Shown in pieces: positions 38,595 to 50,998 of a DNA stretch of 64,000 bases. The translations under genes and the position numbers were made by a program. How positions within the stretch are numbered: position 1 is the first letter of the stretch; every line of letters begins with the position of its first letter. Under the pieces are notes generated by a model that saw nothing but the letters and a program-made list of their open reading frames with translations, was not told the origin of the DNA and searched no databases. The stretch comes from Ramazzottius varieornatus (Eukaryota; Animalia; Tardigrada). The DNA is taken from the NCBI GenBank assembly GCA_001949185.1, contig BDGG01000002.1:3593826-3657825 (forward strand), read 5' to 3'.

Positions 38595-39210
38595 CACGCA
38601 CGACGAGATATTCCGGGCCAGTAAAAATTACGGACCAGGCCTTTTCGCTACGGCGGAAAGCACGGGCAGGTGATTCTTGCTTCAAGTAAAAACCACATCG
38701 AAGGCTGCACTGCTGTACGTGCGTGCTGGATATTGGGCCGAGGAGCTAAAGCTTGTCATACAGTGTACCAAAAAATTAACCATCGAAAATGGGTGTTGGA
38801 AGAAGCCAGATGGAAATGGCCAATGAAATTAGCGCATGCGGCGGATCAAAACCGTTATTGGTCACAGGATAACTAAGCTTCTGTTTAATTGTTACGCCCA
38901 TTATCGACGGTTAATTTTTGGTACACTGTATTAATGTTATAGCAGTCAGATCTTCATTATACCTTCGACAGTTCAAACTATTCCAAGGCTTCTCCGGCCT
39001 CCGGGAGAAAGTCGACAGCAGCATAGAAGCGTTAGAGTAAAAGAGCTGATCAGCTGATGGCCACTGTCCATGATAATTTTCTACGGTTGAATTTTACTAC
39101 GTTACGTCATTTGTGCGATTTCTGTTTCTGACTTTCATGCAATTATGAATTTGCCGTCTTTTCCGCCTGGCCCATAATTTTTACTGGCCCGTAATATCAC
39201 ATCGTGCGTG
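38595..39210. mobile_element. MITE related to family B, carrying a nested MITE
   Basis: TIR CACGCACGACGAGATATTCCGGGCCAGTAAAAATTA / TAATTTTTACTGGCCCGTAATATCACATCGTGCGTG; TA flanks; internal TTTCGCTACGGCGG..CAGGTG shared with the 1377 copy. Confidence 0.82.
38761..38928. mobile_element. Nested Tc1-like MITE (CAGTG...CACTG)
   Basis: TIR CAGTGTACCAAAAAATTAACC / GGTTAATTTTTGGTACACTG, TA flanks. Confidence 0.82.
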
Positions 39211-39264
39211 TACTGAGAAAGATTTTAGGCATGCTTATTTTATGTTGTGCACTAGTAAAATCGT

Positions 39265-40296
39265 TCAAAATCTTGATCCTGTATGACCTCCAGTGGCACG
39301 TGACCCTCGGCTTCCCTCTGAGACCGGCACTCTGAGTCCAAAGAGCTTTTTGATAGAGTTAAAGATATCCTTGTTCCCGATATTGAACAGAACCGGATTG
39401 ACGGCGGACAAGGAGTATCCCAGCCAGTAGGCCACATCAATGTACAGCTCTGATGATTCATAATGGAAAAGGTGCATCCGAATTAGGTAAACGATCCAGG
39501 GCATCCACAGCGCCACCTGCGCGATCACCAACAACGTCAGTACCCAAAAAGCTTGGCGCTCTTGACGCTTCCTATTTCGCGAGACTTGTCGAGTGGGGGC
39601 AGCAGCTGGCTCAGGATGCGTAATATTAATACCCCTCTTGTAAATGGTGACCAGCGTAAGTACGTAGCAGGTAACAACGATGGGTGTCGGCAGCCACCCG
39701 TCCATAACCGATACTGGAAATGATGAGGCGAAAACAGGAAGACCGTCATGTTCCCATGAGCAGCTTCGTTCCTTCTCGGTCAACCACCCAAAGGTCATCC
39801 GCGTATGGATGAAACCGGGTAAAATGGTAGCGTTGACAATCAGCCAACTGAGTACAATACCAATCAAGGCTTTTAACCTGTTGTTATATTCGCGATATGA
39901 GACTGGCCAATGAGCAGCCCATAATCGGTCGAAAGATACGATAACCAAGGTCCATACGCTGACGTTCGTGACTGTGTAGTCAAAGTACATGTAGAATGAG
40001 CACGACGCTGTACTCAGCGGCCAGTATTTATAGTATTCGTATACAATGGAGCACGGAATGCAAATTGCCCCTACCAAGAAGTCGGAGATCGCCATGTTCA
40101 GTAGGAGATAGTTGAAAGGATTACGAACTCGTTTTTCACGTATAAACGTTACGATAACGAGAAGGTTTGCTACGATGGTGAAAATGCACAGAAGAACGAG
40201 AAGCAGCACTACCCACCAAGCTGTTGGTACCATTAGAGTCCACCATTCTGGTGAAGTCGCATTTTCCGACGAGCTTGAAAAGGAAGCATTCATCAT
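39265..40296 (-). CDS. Aminergic-type (muscarinic/histamine-like) rhodopsin GPCR, intronless
   Basis: ANLLVIVTF, NMAISDFLVG, YWPL, TM3 Asp (FDY), SFDRLW, LWMPW, WLGYSLSAVNPVL. Confidence 0.93.
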   Translation of the reverse strand: MMNASFSSSSENATSPEWWTLMVPTAWWVVLLLVLLCIFTIVANLLVIVTFIREKRVRNPFNYLLLNMAISDFLVGAICIPCSIVYEYYKYWPLSTASCSFYMYFDYTVTNVSVWTLVIVSFDRLWAAHWPVSYREYNNRLKALIGIVLSWLIVNATILPGFIHTRMTFGWLTEKERSCSWEHDGLPVFASSFPVSVMDGWLPTPIVVTCYVLTLVTIYKRGINITHPEPAAAPTRQVSRNRKRQERQAFWVLTLLVIAQVALWMPWIVYLIRMHLFHYESSELYIDVAYWLGYSLSAVNPVLFNIGNKDIFNSIKKLFGLRVPVSEGSRGSRATGGHTGSRF

Positions 40297-40752
40297 ATCT
40301 TCCGCACTAAAACCTTATTGGCATAACCAGATAGGGAAGTGGACATGAGAAATGAGAAATTCAAACTGCACAGCGGACCTCCAACCTCTACCGTCAAAAG
40401 GCGGACCTCAATGCATGCGCAGCCTTTATCTCACAGCTTCATCATTATCTGGGCCGACAACGACACTGCTCTCCCCATGCACAGTATCCTAGGGTTTCCG
40501 GTAATCAAAATGTCCTCCGACGGAACAAGGGAGCTGAAGAGTTGCAGGGTACAGCTGCGAACCGACTTTCTTTCACTCTACAGCATATTATCTGTCATTA
40601 CCAATCACTAACACTATGAGATCAATACTTTAAGCCATTTTTTCCTTGGATTCGGGCGAGATTTCCCGTCAGACCGACAACGCGCATCCGTGATTCCGTT
40701 CATCTGTTTGCTCGGGCTGTGATTCAGTTTTTCGTTCACGCCTACATTTCGA

Positions 40753-41760
40753 TTAGCTTCGAATTCCTTGGTCACCTGGATCGGCGGGAGCGAGATATCT
40801 CGTCATTCGTGTTCCACGGCTCTCAGCGGCTACTCTTTGACGCGCTCGCAATCCGAATACTCTTCTGACTGCGTGGCAGATGTCCCTGTTCCCAATCATC
40901 AGTAGTATAGGGTTGACGGCTGACAGCGAATACCCCAACCAATACGCTACTGTGACGTAGACTTCCGACGTTTCATATTGCAGAAGATGCTTCCGCATCA
41001 GGTAGGCCATCCAGGGCATCCACAGCGCCACCTGCGCAACCACCAGCAATGTCAGCACCAAGAAGGCTTGGCGCTCTTGCCGACGTCGGTTGCTCGCATT
41101 GTGTCGAGTGGGACCGGCTGGCATTGGCTGCGCAAAATAACCTATCTTATGAACTTTGATCACAATGACCATGTAGCAGACTAGAACGATTGGTGTCGGT
41201 AGCCAACCGTTGATAACGGATGTGGGAAATGATGAGGCCAAACTCGACAGGCCGTCATGCTCCCATGCACAGCGTTTTTCTTTCTCAGTTAGCCATCCAA
41301 AAATTATCCGTGTGTAAATGTAACCAGGTAAAACAGTGGCGTTAACGGCCAGCCAGCTTAGCAGGACACCGATCAACGCTTTGGAGATCTTGTTATGCCG
41401 GTGATAGGTGGTCGGCCACTGGACAGCCCAGAAGCGGTCAACCGCAATGACGACTAGTGTCCAGACGCTGACGTTCGCCGCTGTGTAATCAAAGTACATG
41501 TAGAAGGAGCAGATGGTTTCGTTCAATGGCCAGTACTGGTAATATTCGTATATCAAGGAAAAGGGCATGCACACTGCTCCGACCAGGAAGTCCGAAGACG
41601 CCATGTTTAGTAGTAAGAGATTGAATGGCTTTCGGAGTCGAGCTTCACGGAGAAGAGTGACAATAACAAGGAAGTTGAGCACGCTCGTAAGGGTGCTCAA
41701 GATAATGAGGGACAACCACCAGTGTGAAGGCTTCAACGTGACCCACCACTCTCTTAGCAC
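40753..41760 (-). CDS. Tandem paralogue of the aminergic-type GPCR; true start unresolved
   Basis: Same motifs and high similarity to 39265-40296; frame stays open upstream to about 41880 without an ATG. Confidence 0.88.
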   Translation of the reverse strand: MLREWWVTLKPSHWWLSLIILSTLTSVLNFLVIVTLLREARLRKPFNLLLLNMASSDFLVGAVCMPFSLIYEYYQYWPLNETICSFYMYFDYTAANVSVWTLVVIAVDRFWAVQWPTTYHRHNKISKALIGVLLSWLAVNATVLPGYIYTRIIFGWLTEKEKRCAWEHDGLSSLASSFPTSVINGWLPTPIVLVCYMVIVIKVHKIGYFAQPMPAGPTRHNASNRRRQERQAFLVLTLLVVAQVALWMPWMAYLMRKHLLQYETSEVYVTVAYWLGYSLSAVNPILLMIGNRDICHAVRRVFGLRARQRVAAESRGTRMTRYLAPADPGDQGIRS

Positions 41761-42731
41761 AGGATTCCTGGTCGAGTTGAAGGTCGCGTTCTGGTCGCAG
41801 AGAACGCGGAGATATTCCTGTCCATTTTCCAGGTTGGGTTCTTCAACGCAAAAGCATGAAATTTCGATGTTTCATGCAGTGTTCATCAGGAAGACTGACT
41901 GCTTGAATCCCAAAATGCCGTTCCATCCAAAGTGACGATGGGCATTTCCTCACAACAAAGATTTGCATTGATTGGAGTCAGTGTTTGCAGTCTTGGGTTA
42001 TTTCCTAAAGATTCCCATCAGATGTACCGGTAATGAGAATAGTCACGAAAAGCGCACTAGTCTGTCAGCATCGAAGCAGGAGCTCATTACAACGCCGGTA
42101 ACTTTAGACCCACACCTGTAAGCTTATACAGTAAGATTCAGATTTCCTCGAGCCGTTCAGGGATAAATTGGATGGAAGCATCCGGATCTTATATGTTAGC
42201 CGGTTGCTATTTCCTAGCTGGGTGGTATACCCCGAACAACTGATACCAAATCCTAAGATTTCCGTCAGATCGTTCCTCGAACCACGGTAGTCCTGTGTGT
42301 GCGATGGAATGTCTGCTGTTTCCTGAGGCCGTCGATGCAACGTCCACGAAGAGCCCAGTACATGAACGTTAACCTGGAATAAAACTAGACGCGACTGAAG
42401 TGCTGTGCAGGTACTATAACGAACTTTCAGCTCATTAGACGGGTACCGGCCGGGTGTCGTGTTGTGATAAGGAATTCATAACGGACTCCTTTACGAGGAA
42501 CACGCTACTGGGTGACATTTTATCTGTAATTGATTTATTCTCACAAACAGAGCTAGCTTTCCCCCGACTGTCATGAACGAAAGTTGCTGCGACCATAGCG
42601 CTTCACTCTCAGTACATCGGCATTTTCAGGAGGGACTGTTCTGATCACGATGACTTTATAATTTGATGATTGGGACGTGGGCAAATGGATGGGACCAGAT
42701 CGTTCAAGTGGCGCTACTTAGCGCTCTCTGG

Positions 42732-44200
42732 TCATTCTTTACGCAGTTCCACCGAAGTTAACACCGCTTCCTTGAACTCCTTACGCTTGACATGCGCGCG
42801 GATGATATCGAAGTACACTTGGCGCGTCTTCTGGTCGTACTTATTCAGACGTAACTTGAAACAGAAACTCTTTCCGACTGATACAAGGGACGTCGTCAAA
42901 TGGACTGAACCAGATCGTTTCCCACAAGTGATGCACATCTCTATGCTTATCGGTTGGAAGAGCGCGCCACTTCCGTTCAAGTCATTTGCCGACATCTGAC
43001 CGCGAAGGATGGAACTGGAACTTACTCGACAGAAGGAATGACCTGCTTCAACCAAGGAATGTACTCAGGAGACGCGTTCTGCTTAAACGCCTTCATCCAT
43101 TCGCAGTCAGCCAAGCAGTCTTTGCCCAGCAGAAGGTTGTTCGAACGAAGCAGTTCAGTACCTCGTTGAACTTGGTCGCGAAGGACCTTGAATTCGGGCA
43201 GGATTTTCTGGCATGATATAAAGGCCCCGTTAACGAACTGCATACCGCCCTCGCGCTCGTCCCACCATTCGCTCATCTCATCGATGAGCACCTTGGCCTT
43301 TTTTTACCGCTAACTGTTGTTGGTACCGCAAGCCGGACTTGGCTTGTTCGCGCGGTCGTCGTACGGAATAGGCCGGGTACAGTTCCCGTTCGTACACCTC
43401 AACGCGCACTGCTCCGCTCCCTTAAACAAAATTACACGGGCAAACTCAGATACAAGCAGAAAAACTTCGGTTTATTCTTCAAAGACTTTAAAACTGGTTG
43501 CACACTCGAGACTTACGAGGGCCGGATCCCAGCATGACCTGCAGGTACAAGTGATCCAAAAAGCGCCGCCCGGATTCACCATTTGGATCAGAGAGCGTTT
43601 CATATCGACGAGTAAGCGAATGAAGGCGCTATCCGTAACACCTTTCTCCGTTTCTCTCTGGAAAAAAATCAACAGGCTAGATAATCGGTTAAATATCCCA
43701 GTCCTGGCTATATCAACGGGTAAGATATACTTGATGGATAAGGGTTACCGCGAGATGAGCGATGGCCGCGAACACCAGAGCAGTGGTCTCTTCTTGAAGT
43801 GCAGGTCCGGAGGCGACGATTTTGTGCGAGAGAATCTTGCATTCAATGTTGTGGCGATCCTTCCAGTCCTCGACCTGGGACAGAAGAAAAAGTCTACCAA
43901 TACTGGATGAGCGACAAAGATGGGGTAAAAACTAAAAACTAGTTGAAATACAGTATACCTGGCGTTCTTTGGAGCAGTAATGGGCGTACTAACATCCTGA
44001 GCAGCGCTTGACTTCTTTCGGTTGGGGATTCACGACACAGCGGTAGCAGTACTGGTCGGCGAAGGCAGGCGCAATAGACCATACGTACGGGGAGTATTGG
44101 CAGATATGGATCCTTCTTTGAAGACGATGTGTGGATCGTTCGACTGCTCCGGCTTCGCTTCCGGTGAGGCTTGCTTAGTCCTAATCCAGCAGCGTGAAAC
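42732..44200 (-). pseudogene. MYND zinc-finger (SMYD-like N-terminus) gene, apparently disabled
   Basis: PYVWSI..YCYRC..KRCSGC*YAHYCSKERQ|VEDWKDRHNIECKIL: in-frame TAG at 43989-43991, Cys-to-Arg in the finger, probable frameshift near 44105; downstream GT-AG exons run to a stop at 42732. Confidence 0.7.
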
Positions 44201-45672
44201 TCATGACGGACACAGGAGATCGATAACCGTCCTAGTCTTTAGACTCCAGCAAATCTACACGGACGAAATGCTTGATGGACAGGTTCGGCCGATTCTTGAA
44301 TTCGGATTTCTGGCCAAAATCAAGCGTCGGAGGTCAAAGTTTTCGAGGTCTCTCCACAAGGCCGTGCTGAAACCGCCAACTCTTGATATGAGCAGTGGGC
44401 AGAGCTGGTTTGAGAATTATGGAGCGGTAACGAAACAAGAAATTTCTTTTTGATTGACCAATCGAAATTGTCGATGCTGGAGACGCTGTGCTCTCATTGG
44501 TCGTCTGCATTCACTCAATAATTTCATGCCCCGCTCCATATGATGTCATCTGGCCACGCCCCACTGCTCATATACATAAGGGGTTCAACCGTCGTCCGTC
44601 AACTCCAACAAGTTTTAAAGCTGATTTTATTACAAATTACTGGTCGCCACACCGAAAAGCCGTGCTATGGCATTGGCTTCGAAGGACTTGCTTTGCTCAT
44701 GCAAGGCTTGCACGGACCCGACTTTCCTAAGTGCCTTTTAACTCTTTCAGCACCACATGTTTTGAGTTCGACTTGAGCCATGGGGTACAAACGATTCCAC
44801 AATTTTAACTGGTTAGAAGGAACGGGTGGGGCTGGAACTGGCTAATGACACGGAAAGGGCCAACTCGCGTCGCTTGATCGGACAGTTGCGTCTTGCTCTT
44901 CGAAAGTCCCTTTTCTGCGATCAGCAAAGCGTACGTGTCAGTTAAATCACGACCCTTGTGACTGCGCACGTTTCTCCACTTCCATGTTTATCTGGGGAGA
45001 AATCGACCGTTTGGCATAAATCAAAAAAGTACTCAGAGGTCAAGCGAGAAAAACACATCTGCTAGAACTGTGATTCACTAAGCATCTTTGGTTCGGCGTA
45101 TCGGCGACATATTTCCTTCACCACGTGAAAAAGTATTTCGTCCAGGCAAAGCAAGAAATGGCATCGAATTCGTTGGAAACGGAGCCCGCATCCCAGCAAG
45201 AACTGTGGCTCTGGGATCGTTTGCACCCCATGGTACTGCAAGTGTTAAGATACCGGTACTTGGACGAGTTTTCTAAAGTGACCTTTAGGCTATAGAGTTT
45301 CGCAGGTACAGTATATCCGAACTCGACGTAAGGCTAGTTTTACTCCGTGGTTCTCAAGCCTTTCCTCCCCTTTTGACGACATTGAACTTTTGCACACCGC
45401 CACTCTAACTCGCGCAGATGAGGTGTTTTCGAAAATAAAATTGGTTCATCAAGAAAATGGCAGTAGCACTGGTTTAGAGCGATTACTCCTCTTGCAAAAC
45501 TAGCCCAGTTTGACTCCAGAAAGAACTCTCTGCAATTTCGATCAGCTGTAATCGACGCTAATCTGTGGCTGATGTCAGTCCCCAGGAAGCAAAAGGTGGG
45601 GCGCAAACGTCAGGAATAAAAGATGATTCCCTCGTCCCCGCAAACCCTGCAGTGACTCAGTCTTCGGAGAGC

Positions 45673-48600
45673 ATGGCTTCACGAATATTCTGTTTGCACA
45701 TGTTGACCTTGGCGGCCACCTTTGTTGCCGTATTCTCGTTGAGTATTTCTCAGCAGAAATTGGCCGAACAATGTGGGGACACCTGTTCAGCAATGGCCAG
45801 ACGAGCACAACAGTCCGAGCAACTGAGACGCCCGCTGGTCTCCTTCTGCCAGCTATGGGAAGACTCTGACAGCTTGATCGACCCAGCCATCGATCTGGGT
45901 CTTCGAACTCTGCGGGAAGATTTCTCCGATGCAGTGGACTTCGAATGGGTTAAGGCTGTCGTGCCGGGTGGTTGTACGGACGAGACCTTTATGCGTTCGT
46001 CGCCGGAAGCTGTGGACCTGCAGATGGTCAAGTCTGTCAACGGATGCAGCGTCTTCATGGGACCCAGTAAGTTCTTTGTAGAAAACTTTCAGTCCCACAA
46101 GGCCCCAAGCTAAAATGTTGAAGCGCAGCACGTGACACTGGAAATAAAACAGTTCGCCAAAAATAACCTATACATCTCGAGAAACTCGGTCGTATTTTGT
46201 ACGCTTGGGAAAATGGATGACCAAAGCGAAGAAAGGGAAACCTTGAGATAATTACGATTGAGATGTTTTGTTACGTTTGTTGTGCTGCAGGCTGTAGTGG
46301 CGCAGTTGAACAAATTCGTGGGTTGATTAACTACTGGAATGTTCCGCTGATCACAACCGGTGCTTCCTCGTTGTCCACGGCGCAGATGGTCGGCAGCAAG
46401 AGGATCACCCGGCTGGGTTTCACCCAGGACGCGGTGATGGGGGTACTCACGACCACTTTCCAGACTTTCGGCTGGACGAATGTAGCCTTGGTACGTACGA
46501 GCAAGACATCCCACACGCCTTCCAGTATCTAATACCACGCGATAGCCACCGTTTTTTGCATTACAGATTCACGGTGACGACACGGCATCGCTTGGCTTTC
46601 ACAAAGCCTTCGAGTTTAGCATGCAGCAAGGACAAAAGGGCGGACCGACGGATGCGTCCGGCGTGTCTTCTCGAATATTTTCCCTTCCCCTAAGCCAAGC
46701 TCCCGATGATATCAAGAAAGTCCTGACCCAGACAAACAACACCGCCAGAGGTAATGGCCAGATTTGCCGCTCTTCTGGTACGTTTTCCATACCAGATAAA
46801 CTTAGCCGTAAAATATCGATGATCACTTGGTTTGCAGTGATCATAATTACTGCTCCGGCAAATGTAACGCGGGATGTGATGGTAAGTGTATGCACTAATG
46901 ACTGGAATTTTCAATCAGCAATCACCGTCTTGCTGTGTTTGAATGGTAATTCTTGAATGTCTTTCCATTTTAGCTGGCAGCTTATGATTTGGGGATGACG
47001 AATGGAGATTATGTACGGTCTGGTACTAGTAATTTTGATTTTTTTCCCCCCCCCCCGCCACTACTTACCATATAATTACAATTTGGAGCGACACCTCCAC
47101 CGTTATCAATTACCTGTGCGAACTCTCGCACCCCAGCGCCACCTGCATCCCTGCACTTTTGCAGGTGTACTTTGCCGTTGATTTGTACCATGCTAGCGGA
47201 CAAGCGGGGTCGATGTCGTGGACATCGGCTGGTCGGAAAACGGCGGAAGATCTGGTAGGTAGCGACTCGCTAAAACTCAGCGGATTTCTGAAGTCGGATG
47301 ATGCTGGTCGCGAGGTATTTCTTTTCTCGAGCAATTACCCTTGGTCCGTCCCTGGGCTCCCTGGAAGTCAGATTCTGCACACACAGGCAAACGAACTTTC
47401 TATGGTATACCTTGCAGGAAATAAAAAATGCCTTCCGCTCACTGTTCCTGGTTCAGCTGAAAATGCCCGATAACCCAGAGTACTTGCGCTACCAACAAGA
47501 CCTCAAAGACTTGTCTTCTTCCAAATACAAGATCACATTCGGGAAAGATGAAAAGGTATCAGTTACGTGAAAGCCATCTTGGCCCTTGTTGTCAGTATTT
47601 ATTCGAAGGTGCAGGTTCCGCCGTCCGTTATGGGCTTTTTTGACGCTTGTCGTGTCTACGGACTGGCGCTAAACGAAAGCCTACGTGCCCACCAAAGCCC
47701 AAACGATGGGTTAGCCATGACGCAGCGCATCTGGAATCGGACATTCCATGGCGTCGGCATCGACATCGCCATCAGTCCCAAGGGCGATCGAATGTACGAT
47801 TTTTTCCTACTCTCCTTCGATGTGGCCAGCGGTCAGTTTCTGGTTAGTTCTTTCATTCGCTTCGAGCATTCGTGCAACATTTCCACTGAAATCTTTTGCT
47901 TGACATTGAACGGGTAATTTTAGCCGGTGTTGCAATACGTGGCTGTGAACAACTCACTGCAGCAACTTCGAGCCATCAACTGGGTGGGCGGTCGAGGTCC
48001 TCCCTCCAACATGCCTCGTTGTGGCTTCGATGGGAAATATGGACCGTGTCGCGAGCAGATCTCAGCAGGTCAGAAAGATCACTGGACATTAATACAGCAT
48101 GACGGTCGCCCAGATGTTTCATTGTTTTTTTCCCAGGTCTCGCGTTGGAAGGACTGGTCGCAATCATCGTCGTCGCCGTACTGGCCATGTTCGGCGTTGC
48201 AGCCTGGCTCCTGTACATGTGAGTTTGATACTGCCCTGAACAGTTCGTTGCTATTTGTCGTTGTCTTTTACAGAAAATGGTACAAGCCCAATATCTCCGC
48301 CAATGACGAGTGGTGGCAAGTGGAGTGGGAAGATTTGACGGACTTCCGGGAAACCAACAAGTCGTCGTCAGTGGGTTCAAGTATAACTAACAACCATCGT
48401 CGCAGCCCAGCTCTGCACGTAAGTTCTAGCTTTGACAAGTGTTTTTGGCTCAGGGTGGTTAGATTCGTGCATTGACAGCCTCCGAGTACGACAAAACCGG
48501 CAATTATAGCCCAACGCTCTGTTGGGTCGCGATCAACAGGGGGATCGCGGAAGTCGCGCATCTATATCGAAAACGCGATGTACAAGGATGTGCCGGTTGC

Positions 48601-50998
48601 CATCAAGCGCATTCCGGCTGGCATGAACCTAGCCCAAGCGGAGCTGCAAGTCCTGCGAGATGTATGTTAGTTCACTACACTTCCTTTGTGAATCATTGTG
48701 TCTGACCAAGGAGTATTTTTGCAGCTGAGAAACTTGATTCACGAACACATCGTACGCTTCATCGGCATGTGCCTGCAGCCCGAGCACGAGTGTCTGATTT
48801 ACGAATACTGCAAGAAGGGTAGCTTGTCGAACCTTCTCGAAAAAGACTCTGTTACGTTGGACTGGGCATTTCGCTATTCCATCATTAGCGAAATCGTTGA
48901 GGCAAATTTGATTTACCATCTGGGACGTGGCCTTCGGGACGTAGACTTGAACCAGCTCGTGATCTCGAGTGGCGCACGTATCCATTGTGAATGGCTCAGA
49001 TTATGCGCCACTTCGAAAAACTGATCTGTCCAGTTCAGGGCCACGTCCCATTCTGTCGACTGTGGGAATTACGAGGGAAGTTAACCTTCGTCCTTTTCTA
49101 CTTAGGGTATGATCTTTCTGCATTCCTCCAAGTTCAAATCCCATGGAAGGTTGTGCAGCCTGAACGTTTTGATCAACGGACGAATGGTAGCCAAGGTCGC
49201 CGACGTCGGGTTGTGGACTTTACGGAAGCCCTACCCGATATTCCTCGAAGCCGACCTGGTCGACGACGATCTTCGTCCGCTCTTGTGGGTGGCTCCCGAG
49301 CACCTGCGAGCACCCATCTCACCGTACGGCACACAAAAGGGCGACGTTTACAGTTTCGCCATCATCTTGCAAGAACTCATCCTCCGTAACGAGCCATACG
49401 ACAATGGAAGCAGCTGTGTGGACATAAGAGGTAGAGACGACGTCTTCCCTTACAAAAAGAAGCACGTTCATTGGACAAGTCGCAAGTGTTGTACGTGGAA
49501 CTTTTTCCCTCTGACCAATCATATGAAGAGGTGCTGTCGTTTCAGCGATCGTGAGGGAGGTGCGGAAGGGCGGACAACCTCTGATGCGTCCCTCAGTTCC
49601 CTACGACTCGTGTGATCCAACCTTGTACCGCTTGATGACGGACTGCTGGCAAGAGACTCCAGAAGAACGTCCCAGCTTTCTGCAGATACGATTTCGATTG
49701 AAGCCTTTGGTCAAGCATCACACTGGCAACTTGCTCGACAACATCGTCAAACGGATGGAGAAGTACACAAAGACGCTAGAGCAGGCAGTGGAAGAAAGAA
49801 CGGGAGCTTTCTTGGAAGAGAAGAAAAAGTCGGAAGAACTGCTGAACCAGCTGCTGCCCAGGTAAGCGTTTAACGGTATAAAACATCGGAGGCGTTTTGA
49901 CGCTGCTTCCACGTACGTAGACAAATCGCAGAGAAACTGCGGCAAGGAGTCCGACTGGAGCCAGAGACCTTCTCCAGCGTCACGATCTACCACAGGTACT
50001 GCTGCCAGTCTCGTTTTTAGCTAGCTCACATACCAGCGAACGGTGTCGGTATCTTCCTGTTGCAGCGACCTGGTAGGATTCACGTTGTTGAGCTCGAGCA
50101 GCACAGCCGTCGAGGTGGTCGACCTCTTGAATGACCTGTATTGTAAGAACTGTCAGAGTGACTGAATGATGTAAGACGCGTTGAAGGAAAATGCCTCTTT
50201 CACAGCGCTCTTTGACGGCATTATCGAGGGGTTCGATGCGTACAAGGTTGAAACTATCGGAGATGCTTACGTTGTAAGTACACGTCTGTCTTGCCGCATC
50301 AGCTTTTTTGAAAATGGCAATTTGTCACATTACTATGATGGATTCTACCATACATCTTGTGGTCCCATACTCGTACTAATAAATTGTTGTCCGTCTCTAC
50401 CACAGGTGGCAAGCGGTCTGCCGGAGCGAAATGGTCAGCTTCACGCTTACGAGCTGGCCGCCATGTCCATCAAAATTCTGAAAGCTTTACGCCGTTTTCG
50501 AATTCGTCACCGTCCAAACGAAAGCCTGCGAATGCGCATCGGACTTCATACCGGCGCGGCTACAGCCGGTGTAATCGGCCTCTTGATGCCTCGGTACTGT
50601 GTGTAAGTCCTCGTCATGTTTTCGCATGTTTGGATATTGGTAAGGCTGACAGTGTGAGCTGTAGGTTTGGAGAAACCGTTGTTCTGGCTCACAAGATGGA
50701 GACCCTGAGCGAACGTAAGCGTTCCGTAAATGCCGATGGCCCACCCTAATCCGCGCAAAGAATCCCGTTGGCAGTATTTGTTTTTCAGCCATGAGGATAC
50801 ATATGACGGCAGCAACCTACGAGCTTTTGCGTGACCGACACGAGCTGGTTATAGCACCACGTGGAGAAATCGTCGTACCGGTACGATTCATCAATGTGAA
50901 AACCCTCTCAATTGTTTGACATGTCGGATTAATTGATTTTCGTACAGGGTAAGGGCGTTATGAAAACCTACTGGTTGGACGGATCCGTAGGAGGTTGA
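45673..50998 (+). CDS. Receptor guanylyl cyclase 2 (paralogue of rGC1); alpha-like half site
   Basis: ECD motif FCQLWED.D.LIDPAI.LG shared with rGC1; [40 protein letters not shown]; cyclase HSDLVGFT / ETIGDAYVV / [19 protein letters not shown] / GKGVMKTYW. Confidence 0.93.

Noticed and set aside
43317-44453. + strand ORFs of 197 and 143 aa
   Set aside because: Antisense to the MYND pseudogene exons; no recognisable motifs
29139-50998. Reading both cyclases as decaying pseudogenes
   Set aside because: No stops seen in the exons read, and the lost catalytic residues are precisely reciprocal rather than random
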